A stretch of 64,000 bases of DNA from Alphaproteobacteria bacterium (lineage in GTDB: Bacteria; Pseudomonadota; Alphaproteobacteria; SP197). The stretch is taken from NCBI GenBank assembly GCA_965228895.1, contig OZ245842.1, forward strand, positions 4,032,001 through 4,096,000, in the 5' to 3' direction. Made by a program: the position numbers and the translations under genes. The notes beneath the pieces were generated by a model that did not search any database, had not been told where the DNA came from, and saw nothing but the letters and a program-made list of their open reading frames with translations. The first letter of the stretch is position 1; each line of letters opens with the position of its first letter. Shown piece after piece: positions 30,643-39,999 of this stretch.

Positions 30643-31065
30643 TCAGGAAGGACGGTTGGCGAAACTGCTCGACGACGAACGATCGCGCGAGCTCGTCTTG
30701 CTGACATAGGCTACCGAGCAATGCTCCGCGCAATAGGGTTTGCCCGGCGTGCTCGTCTTGCCGCAGAAGTGGAAGTCGGCGTCGCCGGGATCGCCGAACG
30801 GCCAGCGGCACATGTTGGGGCCCAAGTCGACGACGTCGTTGACACGCTGAGGTTCCTGTTTGGGCGCCGGCGCTTTTTTCTTCGGCGCCGCGGCCTCGTC
30901 TTTCTTGCCGGCGATCGGCGACGGACGGGGCTTCAAGCCCAGGCGGTGCGACTTGCCGACAACCGCGTTCTTCGAGACGTTCAGCGCCCGGCCAATCTCG
31001 GCCGTGCTGAGGCCCTCGTTCCAAAGGCGTTTGAGTTCTTCGATCTGTTCGTCGGTCCAGGCCAT
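30643..31065 (-). CDS. gcrA: GcrA cell-cycle regulator
   Basis: WTDEQIEELKRLW...SKNAVVGKSHRLGL and CRWPFGDP...FCG...PYCAEH. Confidence 0.92.
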   Translation of the reverse strand: MAWTDEQIEELKRLWNEGLSTAEIGRALNVSKNAVVGKSHRLGLKPRPSPIAGKKDEAAAPKKKAPAPKQEPQRVNDVVDLGPNMCRWPFGDPGDADFHFCGKTSTPGKPYCAEHCSVAYVSKTSSRDRSSSSSFANRPS

Positions 31066-31327
31066 GACGGGTCTCCGGGTGCAGGCTGGTCAGCGCCATC
31101 GCGCCCTAAGGGGCCGCGCGTGTCGCTGCCGCGGGGGATGTTGGTTGGCCGCGCACCATGAGCGCGCGCCATCGCCAGGTCAATATGGTTGTGAGGCCGG
31201 AAACATCAAACCCCTTGGGCACGTCAATGTCGCCCCCAGCCCGCATGCTGGCAAGGTTGAACCTGACCGACAAACGAAAAAACAACAATTCCAAGGCGTT
31301 AGGCGCGAAAACCTTGGCTGCAACGGT

Positions 31328-34300
31328 CTAGGCGATGGTCGCCGACAGGCGGTCGCGCAGGGGTTCGGTGGTCGATGCGCGCCACGCCGGCAGCACCACC
31401 GTGATGGCCGTACCTTCGCCGCGCTGGCTGACAATCTTGAGTTCGCCGCCATGCAGTTCGACCAAGGACCGGCTCAACGGCAAGCCGAGGCCGGTACCCT
31501 CGTGGCGTCGCGACAGTGACCCGTCGACCTGACGGAACGGTTCCAGTGCCAGCGTGATCTCGTCCTCGGTCATGCCGATGCCGTCATCGATAACCGACAG
31601 CAGGATCTCTCCATCGCTACCCAACTCGGCGCGCAGAACGATGGTGCCCATCTTCGAGGTAAACTTGACGGCGTTGGAAAGCAGGTTCAGCAGCACCTGT
31701 TTGATCTTGCGGCCATCGACCAGCAGCGGCGGGTAGTTGTCCGGCACGTCGACATCCAGCGTCACACCGTTTTCGTCGACACGGGCCTGCATCAAACGCG
31801 CGACGCCATAGGTCAGCTCCTCGATACCGACGATGTCTTCGGACAGTTCCATCTGACCGGCTTCGACCTTGGACAGATCAAGAATGTCGTTGATGACGGC
31901 CAGCAGATGTTCACCACTGTCGTGAATGTCGACCATGTAGTCGGCATAACGGGCATCACCGAGCTTGCCGAACAACTCGTTCATCATCAGATCCGAGAAA
32001 CCGATAATGGCGTTGAGCGGCGTTCTGAGTTCGTGGCTCATGTTGGCGACAAACTCGCTCTTCGCGCGGTTGGCCGACTCGGCTTCGTCACGCGCGGTGC
32101 GCATTTCGTCTTCGTGGCGCAAACGCTCGGTGATATCGCGCAGCACGACGACCCAGCGCGCGATGTGGTTTTCCGGCATGCGTGAGGCGGCGACCTCAAC
32201 GTCGATCGCCTCGCCTTCCAGGCGCAGCAATCGGGCCTGGGCCAACGACGCGGCGCGCGCGGCGTCATCCAGGAACGTACGAATGGCCGAGCTGGAATCA
32301 ATGCCGATCGGGCGCACGACCTCCAAGACATCGGTGATCGGACGGCCAATGACCTCAGTCGGCTCGCCGACGCCAATCAGGTCGACAAAAGCCTTGTTGA
32401 CATAGGTGACGCGCTCTTGCTCGGTCAGCATGACCGGGTCAGGCAGCATACGCACCAGTTGCTCAAAGCGCTGCTCACTCTGGCGGCGACCCTCTTCGGC
32501 ATCACGCAGCCGGCTGATGTCCTCGATCGCGCAGATCACGCGCGACCACGTGCCAGCGTGGGATTCCGGCAGAACACTGACAGCTCTGACGGCAAAGTCG
32601 CGCCCGTCGAGGGTCTGGTCAATCGCCTCGATTTCCGCGCGCGAGCCGCCACGCGCCATGACAGACACCATGTTGGCGTGAATCGGCGCCCATCTGATGC
32701 GCCAGTCGCTTTGGCGCGCGGCGTCGACGACGCTTGATGCGTTGATGCCACCATAGAGGTCGACGGTCACCTGGTTGACGTCGATCACCCTGATCAACTC
32801 GCTCAGTTCTTCGACCACCTCCGGGTGCTCGTCGAGATAGCTGCCGATGTCGGTGATGCCGAACTCGCGCAGCTCATCGATGCGCGATTTGACCAGCGAG
32901 AAATCCTCTTCCCAAATGCTGATCGGTGTCTGGTCGAACAGATCGCGGTAGCGCGCCTGGCTCGACTGGAGCGCCGCTTCGGTGCGCTTGCGCACGGTGA
33001 CGTCTTCGAACGTGGTGATCACACGCGACCATGTGCTGGCGTGGGCATCGGGCAACAGCGTCACCGACTTGATGTCAAACGTGGTGTCGTCGAAGGCCGT
33101 CTCTTGCAGTTCGGTCAAATAGCGGTGATGGCCGTTCAACAAGTGGCCGAGTTCGCGGGCGTATCGCGTCGCCCACTCGTAGCTCGCCTTTTGCCGATCC
33201 AGATAGGCCACCAGGCTTTCCTGGTCCGGCGCGCCGAACATGTCCAACAGGGCCTGGTTGACCGCGACGACACGCGCCATGCCGCTGATGCGCTTTGCCT
33301 CGTCGGGCCGTTCAAGCAGATAGGTCTCGATGTTGTGGATACCGGAATCCACGAGCGCGTCGACCGCGAGCTTCACCAGCGAATAGTCTTCTTCAAGAAT
33401 GCCGACCGGCGTTTCGTCAAACAGCGAGCGATACCTGTCCTCGCTGGCCTTGCGTTCGACCATGGCCTGATGGTTCTCCGTCACATCGAGAACACAAGAC
33501 GTGACGCACTCCCAGGTCGACTTGAACTCATCGGCCACGAACGAAACGGATCGAATACGCAGCGACAAGCCATCAAAGGCAAGGTCCTCGTAGTCGACGA
33601 CCGGACGACTTTCGCCAGCGGCCAGCAGCGCCAATTCCTGCTTGTGAAACCGGCGCCAAAACTTGCGCCGTTCCGGGCGTTCGACCTCGTCGATGAACGC
33701 CTGTCGACCCATCGATCCGGCCTTGTAGATATCCAGCACCGCCTGATTGACGTCGACGACCTGGATCAGATCGATGGCCTTGTCCAGATCTTCGGGGTGT
33801 TTGTCGAAATGCTCATCGAAATCCGTCACGCCGTCGTCGCGCAATTGGTCAAGGAAGACCTTGGTTGCCGAATAGTTCTCCTGCCAAATGCCGGCAGGCG
33901 CGGATGTGAAGAGATTGCGGAAGCGTTGTTCGCTTGCCCTCAGGGCCTGCTCGGCATCCTTGCGCCGTGTGATATCGAAACTCGAGCCGACCAACCCCTT
34001 GAACTTGCCGGACTCATCAAAGCGTTGCCGCATGTCTTCGTAAAGCCAGCGATAGACGCCATCGCTGCGCCGTACGCGGTACTCGAGCCTGATCGGCTCG
34101 TGCTCCTTTATGGCGCGGCGCCATGCCTTGCCATAGTTGGCCCTATCGTCGGGATGCAGGGCTCCGCTCCAGGCCTGCTCGATATCGTCGTCAGCTGAGA
34201 TTGCCAGATAGGTACGCCAAGCGTTGTTGCCGTAAATTGTCGTGCCTTCGGCGTCAGTCATCCAAAGCATGGTGGAGACATTGCGGGTAACGTCGGAGAT

Positions 34301-34417
34301 CAGACTTTCCCGAACGGGTCGCTTTGGCAGCAACAACCGCGCACCGACACCGGCCGCTAAACCTAACAGCAGCCCGGCCAGACTCGGTATCAGCCAGTTC
34401 GACCACAGATCGACCAT
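31328..34417 (-). CDS. Membrane-anchored multi-PAS sensor histidine kinase, PleC/DivJ (PdhS)-like
   Basis: One N-terminal TM, five PAS-like units, MSHELRTPLNAIIGFS, NLLSNAVKF, DDGIG, GTGLGL. Confidence 0.92.
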   Translation of the reverse strand: MVDLWSNWLIPSLAGLLLGLAAGVGARLLLPKRPVRESLISDVTRNVSTMLWMTDAEGTTIYGNNAWRTYLAISADDDIEQAWSGALHPDDRANYGKAWRRAIKEHEPIRLEYRVRRSDGVYRWLYEDMRQRFDESGKFKGLVGSSFDITRRKDAEQALRASEQRFRNLFTSAPAGIWQENYSATKVFLDQLRDDGVTDFDEHFDKHPEDLDKAIDLIQVVDVNQAVLDIYKAGSMGRQAFIDEVERPERRKFWRRFHKQELALLAAGESRPVVDYEDLAFDGLSLRIRSVSFVADEFKSTWECVTSCVLDVTENHQAMVERKASEDRYRSLFDETPVGILEEDYSLVKLAVDALVDSGIHNIETYLLERPDEAKRISGMARVVAVNQALLDMFGAPDQESLVAYLDRQKASYEWATRYARELGHLLNGHHRYLTELQETAFDDTTFDIKSVTLLPDAHASTWSRVITTFEDVTVRKRTEAALQSSQARYRDLFDQTPISIWEEDFSLVKSRIDELREFGITDIGSYLDEHPEVVEELSELIRVIDVNQVTVDLYGGINASSVVDAARQSDWRIRWAPIHANMVSVMARGGSRAEIEAIDQTLDGRDFAVRAVSVLPESHAGTWSRVICAIEDISRLRDAEEGRRQSEQRFEQLVRMLPDPVMLTEQERVTYVNKAFVDLIGVGEPTEVIGRPITDVLEVVRPIGIDSSSAIRTFLDDAARAASLAQARLLRLEGEAIDVEVAASRMPENHIARWVVVLRDITERLRHEDEMRTARDEAESANRAKSEFVANMSHELRTPLNAIIGFSDLMMNELFGKLGDARYADYMVDIHDSGEHLLAVINDILDLSKVEAGQMELSEDIVGIEELTYGVARLMQARVDENGVTLDVDVPDNYPPLLVDGRKIKQVLLNLLSNAVKFTSKMGTIVLRAELGSDGEILLSVIDDGIGMTEDEITLALEPFRQVDGSLSRRHEGTGLGLPLSRSLVELHGGELKIVSQRGEGTAITVVLPAWRASTTEPLRDRLSATIA

Positions 34418-34534
34418 CGGTTATCCGCTGCTGCTCCTCTGCCGTCCGCAGGCTCGGTCAGATCACGCAATCAAGGCCCCGTTTGCCGTTGCCCAATCGC
34501 GATCAAGTATACATCCTTACGCACGAACAAAATG

Positions 34535-34553
34535 TCATAAGATCTACTTATGA
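34535..34553. promoter_or_regulatory. Palindromic LysR-type operator candidate
   Basis: TCATAAG-ATCTA-CTTATGA, containing T-N11-A, in an AT-richer divergent intergenic region. Confidence 0.55.
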
Positions 34554-34632
34554 TTGCGCGAAAGAATGTCGACGATATCGACCAATAAGCAAGGTTTGCA
34601 ATGACGGGCGTCACGCCATAGTACGAAGGCCC

Positions 34633-36174
34633 ATGGACGCAAACTCAGACACAATGCTGACAAACACGCTGATTCGCTTGATTTCGGCCGGTGACAACGA
34701 TGCCTCGGCTATCGGCGCGCCGGATCGCGATTGGCTGACCTATGGGGTCCTTCGTGAACAGACGGTGGGCACCGTTTCGACGCTCAATCGCCTCGGAGTC
34801 GGCCGAAACGACAGGGTTGCCATTGTCCTGCCCAATGGACCGGAGATGGCCGCGGCCTTTGTCGCCATCGCCGCCGGCGCCACGACGGCACCGCTCAATC
34901 CGGCCTATCGCAGCGACGAGTTCCGCTTTTACCTGGATGACCTGGACGCCAAGGCCCTGGTTGTCGAGCGCGGCAGCACGTCCGAAGCCGTCCCAGTCGC
35001 CCGGGACCTCTCGATCCCCGTGTTCGAGCTGGATGCCGCCGCTGACGGCCCCGCCGGCTCATTCACGCTGGAAGGTGAGCCGATCGGCGCAACGTCCGGC
35101 AAGACCGGCTTTGCCGAAGCCGATGACACGGCACTGGTGCTGCACACATCAGGGACGACGTCGCGGCCAAAGATCGTGCCGCTCAGTCACACCAACGTCT
35201 GCAGCTCGGCCAGACATATCGCGGCGACGCTGGCGCTGACGCCTTCTGACCGCTGCCTCAACGTGATGCCGCTGTTCCACATTCACGGCCTTATCGCTGC
35301 GGTCCTGTCGACCCTTAGCGCCGGCGCCGCGATCTCCTGTTCGCCGGGGTTCAATGCGCTGAAGTTCTTTCCCTGGCTCGAAGCGGTCGCGCCGACCTGG
35401 TACACCGCCGTCCCGACCATGCATCAGGCAATCCTGTCGCGTGCCGGTCGCAACCAGGACATCGTCAAGGCGAACCGCCTGCGCTTTATCCGCTCGTCAT
35501 CATCGTCGCTGCCGCCGCAGGTAATGGCCGCGCTGGAGGAGACGTTCGACGCACCGGTCATCGAGGCCTACGGCATGACCGAAGCCGCCCATCAGATGGC
35601 GAGCAACCCGCTGCCGCCGGCTGAGCGCAAGCCGGGTACGGTCGGGCTCGCGGCGGGCCCGGAAGTCGCGGTCATGGACGATGCGGGAACGCTTCTGGAC
35701 CAAGGCGCCGTCGGCGAGATCGTCATCCGCGGGCCCAACGTCACCAGCGGTTACGAAAACAATCCCAAGGCCAACGCCGAAGCGTTCTCTCATGGCTGGT
35801 TTCATACCGGCGACCAGGGCCAGATCGACGAGGACGGATACCTGCGTCTAACCGGGCGCTTGAAGGAGATCATCAACCGAGGTGGCGAAAAGATCTCACC
35901 GCGCGAGGTTGATGAGGTGTTGATGGATCATCCCGCGGTCGAGCAGGTCGTCACCTTCGCGCGACCGCACGACAAGCTGGGTGAAGACGTCGCCGCCGCC
36001 GTGGTGCTGCGCGACGGCGAAGAAGCGGACGCCCAAGCGATACGGGACTTTGCACGCGAGCGGCTGGCCGACTTCAAGGTACCGCGCACGGTAATCTTCC
36101 TGGACGAGATCCCCAAGGGCGCCACCGGCAAGCTGCAACGTATCGGCTTGGCGGAAAAGCTGGGCTTGGCATGA
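34633..36174 (+). CDS. Acyl-CoA ligase, oxalate-CoA ligase-like
   Basis: HTSGTTSRPK, MPLFHIHG, RSSSSSL, AYGMTEAAHQM, TGK. Start may be 34654. Confidence 0.85.
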   Translation: MDANSDTMLTNTLIRLISAGDNDASAIGAPDRDWLTYGVLREQTVGTVSTLNRLGVGRNDRVAIVLPNGPEMAAAFVAIAAGATTAPLNPAYRSDEFRFYLDDLDAKALVVERGSTSEAVPVARDLSIPVFELDAAADGPAGSFTLEGEPIGATSGKTGFAEADDTALVLHTSGTTSRPKIVPLSHTNVCSSARHIAATLALTPSDRCLNVMPLFHIHGLIAAVLSTLSAGAAISCSPGFNALKFFPWLEAVAPTWYTAVPTMHQAILSRAGRNQDIVKANRLRFIRSSSSSLPPQVMAALEETFDAPVIEAYGMTEAAHQMASNPLPPAERKPGTVGLAAGPEVAVMDDAGTLLDQGAVGEIVIRGPNVTSGYENNPKANAEAFSHGWFHTGDQGQIDEDGYLRLTGRLKEIINRGGEKISPREVDEVLMDHPAVEQVVTFARPHDKLGEDVAAAVVLRDGEEADAQAIRDFARERLADFKVPRTVIFLDEIPKGATGKLQRIGLAEKLGLA

Positions 36175-37154
36175 CCCGGATCGCGATTTACGGCGCCGGC
36201 GCCATCGGCGGGCTGATGGGCGCGCGCCTGACCAAGACCGATGTCGACCTCTCGTTGATCGCCCGGGGCCCGCATTTGGCGGCCATTCGCGACAACGGCC
36301 TGACGATGATCGAAGAAGACGGCACGCGCGAGACCGCCACCGTCAACGCGACCGACAACCCCGCCGACCTGGGCATCCAGGACTATGTCATCGTGACGCT
36401 GAAGGCCCACTCGGTGCCGGCTGTGGTCGATGCCATGCAGCCACTTCTGGGGGCCCAGACCGCCGTCGTGATGGCCGTCAACGGCTTCCCGTGGTGGTAC
36501 TTTCATGACCTGGAGGGGCCCTGGCGCGACCGACGTGTCGAAAGCGTCGATCCGGGCGGGTCTTTATGGGACGGCATCGGACCGGAGCGCGCGATCGGCT
36601 GTGTCGTCTATCCGGCCAGCGACGTGCCGGAACCCGGCGTCATCCGCCATATCAGTGGCGATCGTTTCTCTCTCGGTGAACCGTCGGGCGAACGCACGGA
36701 GCGGCTCGATTCGCTGTCACAGATTCTGCGCGACGCGGGTTTCAAGGCGCCGATCAAACCGCGCCTGCGCGACGAGATCTGGATCAAGCTGTGGGGCAAT
36801 CTGTGTTTCAATCCGATCAGCGCCCTCACCCATGCGACGTTGGATATCATCTGTACCGACCCTGGCACGCGGGCGATCAGCCGCGCGATGATGCTCGAAG
36901 CCCAGGCGATCGGTGAAGCGCTCGGCGCGCGATTTGCGATCGATGTGGAAAAACGTATCGATGGCGGTGCTGCCGTCGGCGCGCACCGAACCAGCATGCT
37001 GCAGGATCTTGAGATGGGGAGGCCAATGGAAATCGACGCCCTGGTTACGGTCGTGCAGGAATTGGGCATCATGACCGGGATCGAAACACCGACCATCGAC
37101 ATGATTTTGTCGTTGATCCAACAGCGCGGCCGCATGGCCGGCGTTTACGGCTAA
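36171..37154 (+). CDS. Ketopantoate-reductase family protein (PanE2/oxalyl-CoA reductase-like)
   Basis: GAGAIG, NGFPWWYF, WIKLWGN, TSMLQD. ATGA overlap with the ligase. Confidence 0.85.
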   Translation: MTRIAIYGAGAIGGLMGARLTKTDVDLSLIARGPHLAAIRDNGLTMIEEDGTRETATVNATDNPADLGIQDYVIVTLKAHSVPAVVDAMQPLLGAQTAVVMAVNGFPWWYFHDLEGPWRDRRVESVDPGGSLWDGIGPERAIGCVVYPASDVPEPGVIRHISGDRFSLGEPSGERTERLDSLSQILRDAGFKAPIKPRLRDEIWIKLWGNLCFNPISALTHATLDIICTDPGTRAISRAMMLEAQAIGEALGARFAIDVEKRIDGGAAVGAHRTSMLQDLEMGRPMEIDALVTVVQELGIMTGIETPTIDMILSLIQQRGRMAGVYG

Positions 37155-37216
37155 AATGAAACGTCAAAAGGCGGTCGTTGAAATGTGATGCCACCGATCG
37201 GCGGTAACGCATAACA

Positions 37217-37290
37217 TGGAGCGGGTGAGGGGAATCGAACCCCTGTCTCGAGCTTGGGAAGCTTGCGTTCTACCATTGAACTACACCCGC
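37217..37290 (-). tRNA. tRNA-Gly(CCC)
   Basis: GCGGGTG acceptor stem, TTCCCAA anticodon loop, TTCGATT T-loop, encoded CCA, 74 nt. Confidence 0.96.
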
Positions 37291-37357
37291 CTCCGTATGA
37301 TCTAATTACGATGGTCGTCGAAGGCGATCAAGGCATCCAAGGACCTATTGAACTGCC

Positions 37358-37750
37358 ATGTACCAAGAAACCACGCGCGATATCACCATCACGGTCGAAC
37401 CGATCTACTTGGAAGATCAGTCCGACCCCACGCAGAACCACTTCGTCTGGGCCTATCAGGTCTCGATCACCAACGAGGGTCCGGAGACGGTTCAGCTGTT
37501 GACCCGCCATTGGAAGATCACCGACAGTGCCGGCCGGACCCAGGAGGTGCGTGGCCCCGGCGTGGTTGGCGAACAGCCCGTGCTGAAGCCCGGCGAAAGC
37601 TATGAATACGCCAGCGGCACGCCGCTCAGCACCCCGTCGGGCATCATGGTCGGCACCTATCAGATGCAATGCACGGGCGGCGAAACCTTCGATGTCGCCA
37701 TTCCGGCGTTTTCGCTCGACAGCCCCCACCAGCCGGCGGCGCTTAACTGA
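37358..37750 (+). CDS. apaG: ApaG protein
   Basis: RHWKITD, GPGVVGEQPVL, TPSGIMVG. Confidence 0.95.
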   Translation: MYQETTRDITITVEPIYLEDQSDPTQNHFVWAYQVSITNEGPETVQLLTRHWKITDSAGRTQEVRGPGVVGEQPVLKPGESYEYASGTPLSTPSGIMVGTYQMQCTGGETFDVAIPAFSLDSPHQPAALN

Positions 37751-37841
37751 TCCGCTTGCCGCCCACCGGCGTGTGGGCTAGAACGCCGCGCCCGACAGCG
37801 CCTGGCTTTGGCAGGCGCGGTGTCGGCGAAAGGACGGTACC

Positions 37842-38453
37842 GTGACAGGCGACAAGGCAAAACCCGCCCGCCCAAGCCGCGAAGAGGCTGAGGCGGCGGT
37901 ACGAACGTTGATAGCGTGGGCCGGCGACGACCCAACACGCGAGGGTCTGGCCGACACGCCCCGGCGGGTCACGACAGCCTATGATGAGTGGTTTTCCGGC
38001 TACGGCAAGAACCCGTCCGACGTGCTGGGCACCACCTTCAGCGAGACCGACGGCTATGACGAGATGGTCACGTTGCGTAATGTTCGCTTCGAGTCCCATT
38101 GCGAACATCACCTGGCGCCGATTATCGGGCGCATCCACGTCGGCTACATGCCGCGCAATCGCGTGATCGGCATTTCCAAGATCGCGCGGCTGATCGAGGT
38201 CTACGCCAAGCGCATGCAGATCCAGGAGCGGCTGACGGCGCAGATTGCCGATACGCTCAACAACACGTTGGAGCCCAAAGGAGTCGCCGTGGTGGTCGAA
38301 GCGACCCACCACTGTATGACGACACGCGGCGTCCACAAGTCCGGCGTCGTCATGGTAACCAGCCGCATGTTGGGCGATTTCCGGACAAAAGCGGCGACCA
38401 GGCGCGAGTTCCTGGCCCATATCGGCAACCCCGTGACGTCCGAGCTGTCCTGA
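37842..38453 (+). CDS. folE: GTP cyclohydrolase I
   Basis: [26 protein letters not shown]. Confidence 0.95.
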   Translation: MTGDKAKPARPSREEAEAAVRTLIAWAGDDPTREGLADTPRRVTTAYDEWFSGYGKNPSDVLGTTFSETDGYDEMVTLRNVRFESHCEHHLAPIIGRIHVGYMPRNRVIGISKIARLIEVYAKRMQIQERLTAQIADTLNNTLEPKGVAVVVEATHHCMTTRGVHKSGVVMVTSRMLGDFRTKAATRREFLAHIGNPVTSELS

Positions 38454-38549
38454 GCCAGCATTGAGGCTGACCGATAGCGGCCTTGCCAGTCCCGGTCGCG
38501 ACAGCCACGATGACGGCGCCTTGATCATGAACGCAGGAACACCCTTCAG

Positions 38550-39995
38550 GTGATCGACTTCCGGCCCATTCTCCAGGTCGTCGGCATCCTTCTGACGACC
38601 CTGGCGCTGGCCATGTTTGTGCCGGCGCTGGCCGACTTGGTGGCGTCCAATCCCGATTGGCAGGTGTTCCTGGGCGCCGGTTTCCTGACCTTGTTCATCG
38701 GCATGGGCCTGTTCCTGACCAACCGGTCGGGCGCAACGGGTCTGACCGTGCGCCAGGCGTTCCTGCTGACAACCTTAAGTTGGGTCGTCCTGGCCGCGTT
38801 TGCCGCGCTTCCCTTCACCTTCGCCGGGCTGGGCCTTGACTACGGCGATGCGTATTTCGAGGCCGTTGCGGGACTGACGACGACCGGCGCGACGGTGGTG
38901 ACGAACCTGCAAAACGCGCCGCCAGGTATTCTTGTATGGCGCGCACTGCTTCAGTGGCTGGGCGGCATCGGTATCATCGTGATGGCCGTCGCACTGTTGC
39001 CGATGCTGCGCATCGCCGGCATGCAGCTCTTTCAGACGGAATCGTCGGACCAGGAGAAGATCCTGCCGCGCACCGCGCGCATTTCGTTCTCGATCTCCGT
39101 TATCTACCTGGTTTTTACAATCTCATGCTTCGTCGCCTACTGGGCGACCGGCATGCGGCCTTTCGATGCCTTGATGCATGCCATGACAACGGTGTCGACC
39201 GCCGGATTCTCGACCCATGATTCGTCGATCGGTGTCTTCGACAGCACCGGCATCGAGATCGTCGCCATCATTTTCATGCTGCTCGGCACGATGCCGTTCG
39301 TCATCTATATCCAGATGGTGCGCGGCCGCTTCGTACCTTTGTGGCGCGACTTTCAGGTCAGGTGGTTTTTTGCCGTCGCGCTTTCAGCGATGGCGCTGTT
39401 GATTGTGTGGCGTCTGGTAACCAGCGACGATGCGTTCTGGATCGTCGTTCGCGAAGTCGCCTTCAACGTCACCGCCATTGCGACGACGACCGGCTACGCC
39501 TCCGACGATTTCAGCGCCTGGGGCGGTTTCGCCATTGCTATCTTCTTCGTCCTCTTCTTCCTGGGCGGCTGCACCGGATCGACATCCGGCGGCATCAAGA
39601 TGTTTCGCGTCCATGTGCTTGCCGCCAACATCTATTCCCAGCTCAAACGGCTGACCCAGCCTCACGGCGTCTTTGTCGCGCATTTCAACAAGGTTCAGAT
39701 TTCCGACGTGGTCTCCCAGTCCGTCACCACCTTTTTCGTCATCTATATCGGCGCGTTCTTTGTGCTCACCGTCGGCCTTGCCGCCCACGACCTGGATTTC
39801 CTGACCAGCATCTCCGGCGCTGCCGCGGCGCTGGGCAATATCGGACCCGGACTGGGACCTGTTATCGGGCCCGCCGGCAACTACGCGAGTCTGCCCGACA
39901 GCGCGAAGTTCCTGCTGTGCGCCGGCATGCTGCTCGGCCGTCTTGAGCTCTTCACCATCCTTGTCCTGCTTACCCCCCGTTTCTGGCGCGAGTGA
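38550..39995 (+). CDS. trkH: TrkH family K+ uptake protein
   Basis: TTTGAT, STAGFS, TTTGY, GNIGPG pore loops; GRLE. Confidence 0.93.
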   Translation: MIDFRPILQVVGILLTTLALAMFVPALADLVASNPDWQVFLGAGFLTLFIGMGLFLTNRSGATGLTVRQAFLLTTLSWVVLAAFAALPFTFAGLGLDYGDAYFEAVAGLTTTGATVVTNLQNAPPGILVWRALLQWLGGIGIIVMAVALLPMLRIAGMQLFQTESSDQEKILPRTARISFSISVIYLVFTISCFVAYWATGMRPFDALMHAMTTVSTAGFSTHDSSIGVFDSTGIEIVAIIFMLLGTMPFVIYIQMVRGRFVPLWRDFQVRWFFAVALSAMALLIVWRLVTSDDAFWIVVREVAFNVTAIATTTGYASDDFSAWGGFAIAIFFVLFFLGGCTGSTSGGIKMFRVHVLAANIYSQLKRLTQPHGVFVAHFNKVQISDVVSQSVTTFFVIYIGAFFVLTVGLAAHDLDFLTSISGAAAALGNIGPGLGPVIGPAGNYASLPDSAKFLLCAGMLLGRLELFTILVLLTPRFWRE

Positions 39996-39999
39996 CACC

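Noticed and set aside
31066-31327. Riboswitch or sRNA upstream of gcrA
   Set aside because: No recognisable aptamer or convincing stem; it cannot be supported without a covariance search.
32825-34198. 457-aa plus-strand ORF inside the kinase (and many similar overlapping ORFs)
   Set aside because: Antisense shadow frames with no recognisable domains.
37154-37358. tRNA-Gly as an island integration site
   Set aside because: No integrase, no duplicated tRNA 3' end noticed, and the flanks are housekeeping genes.
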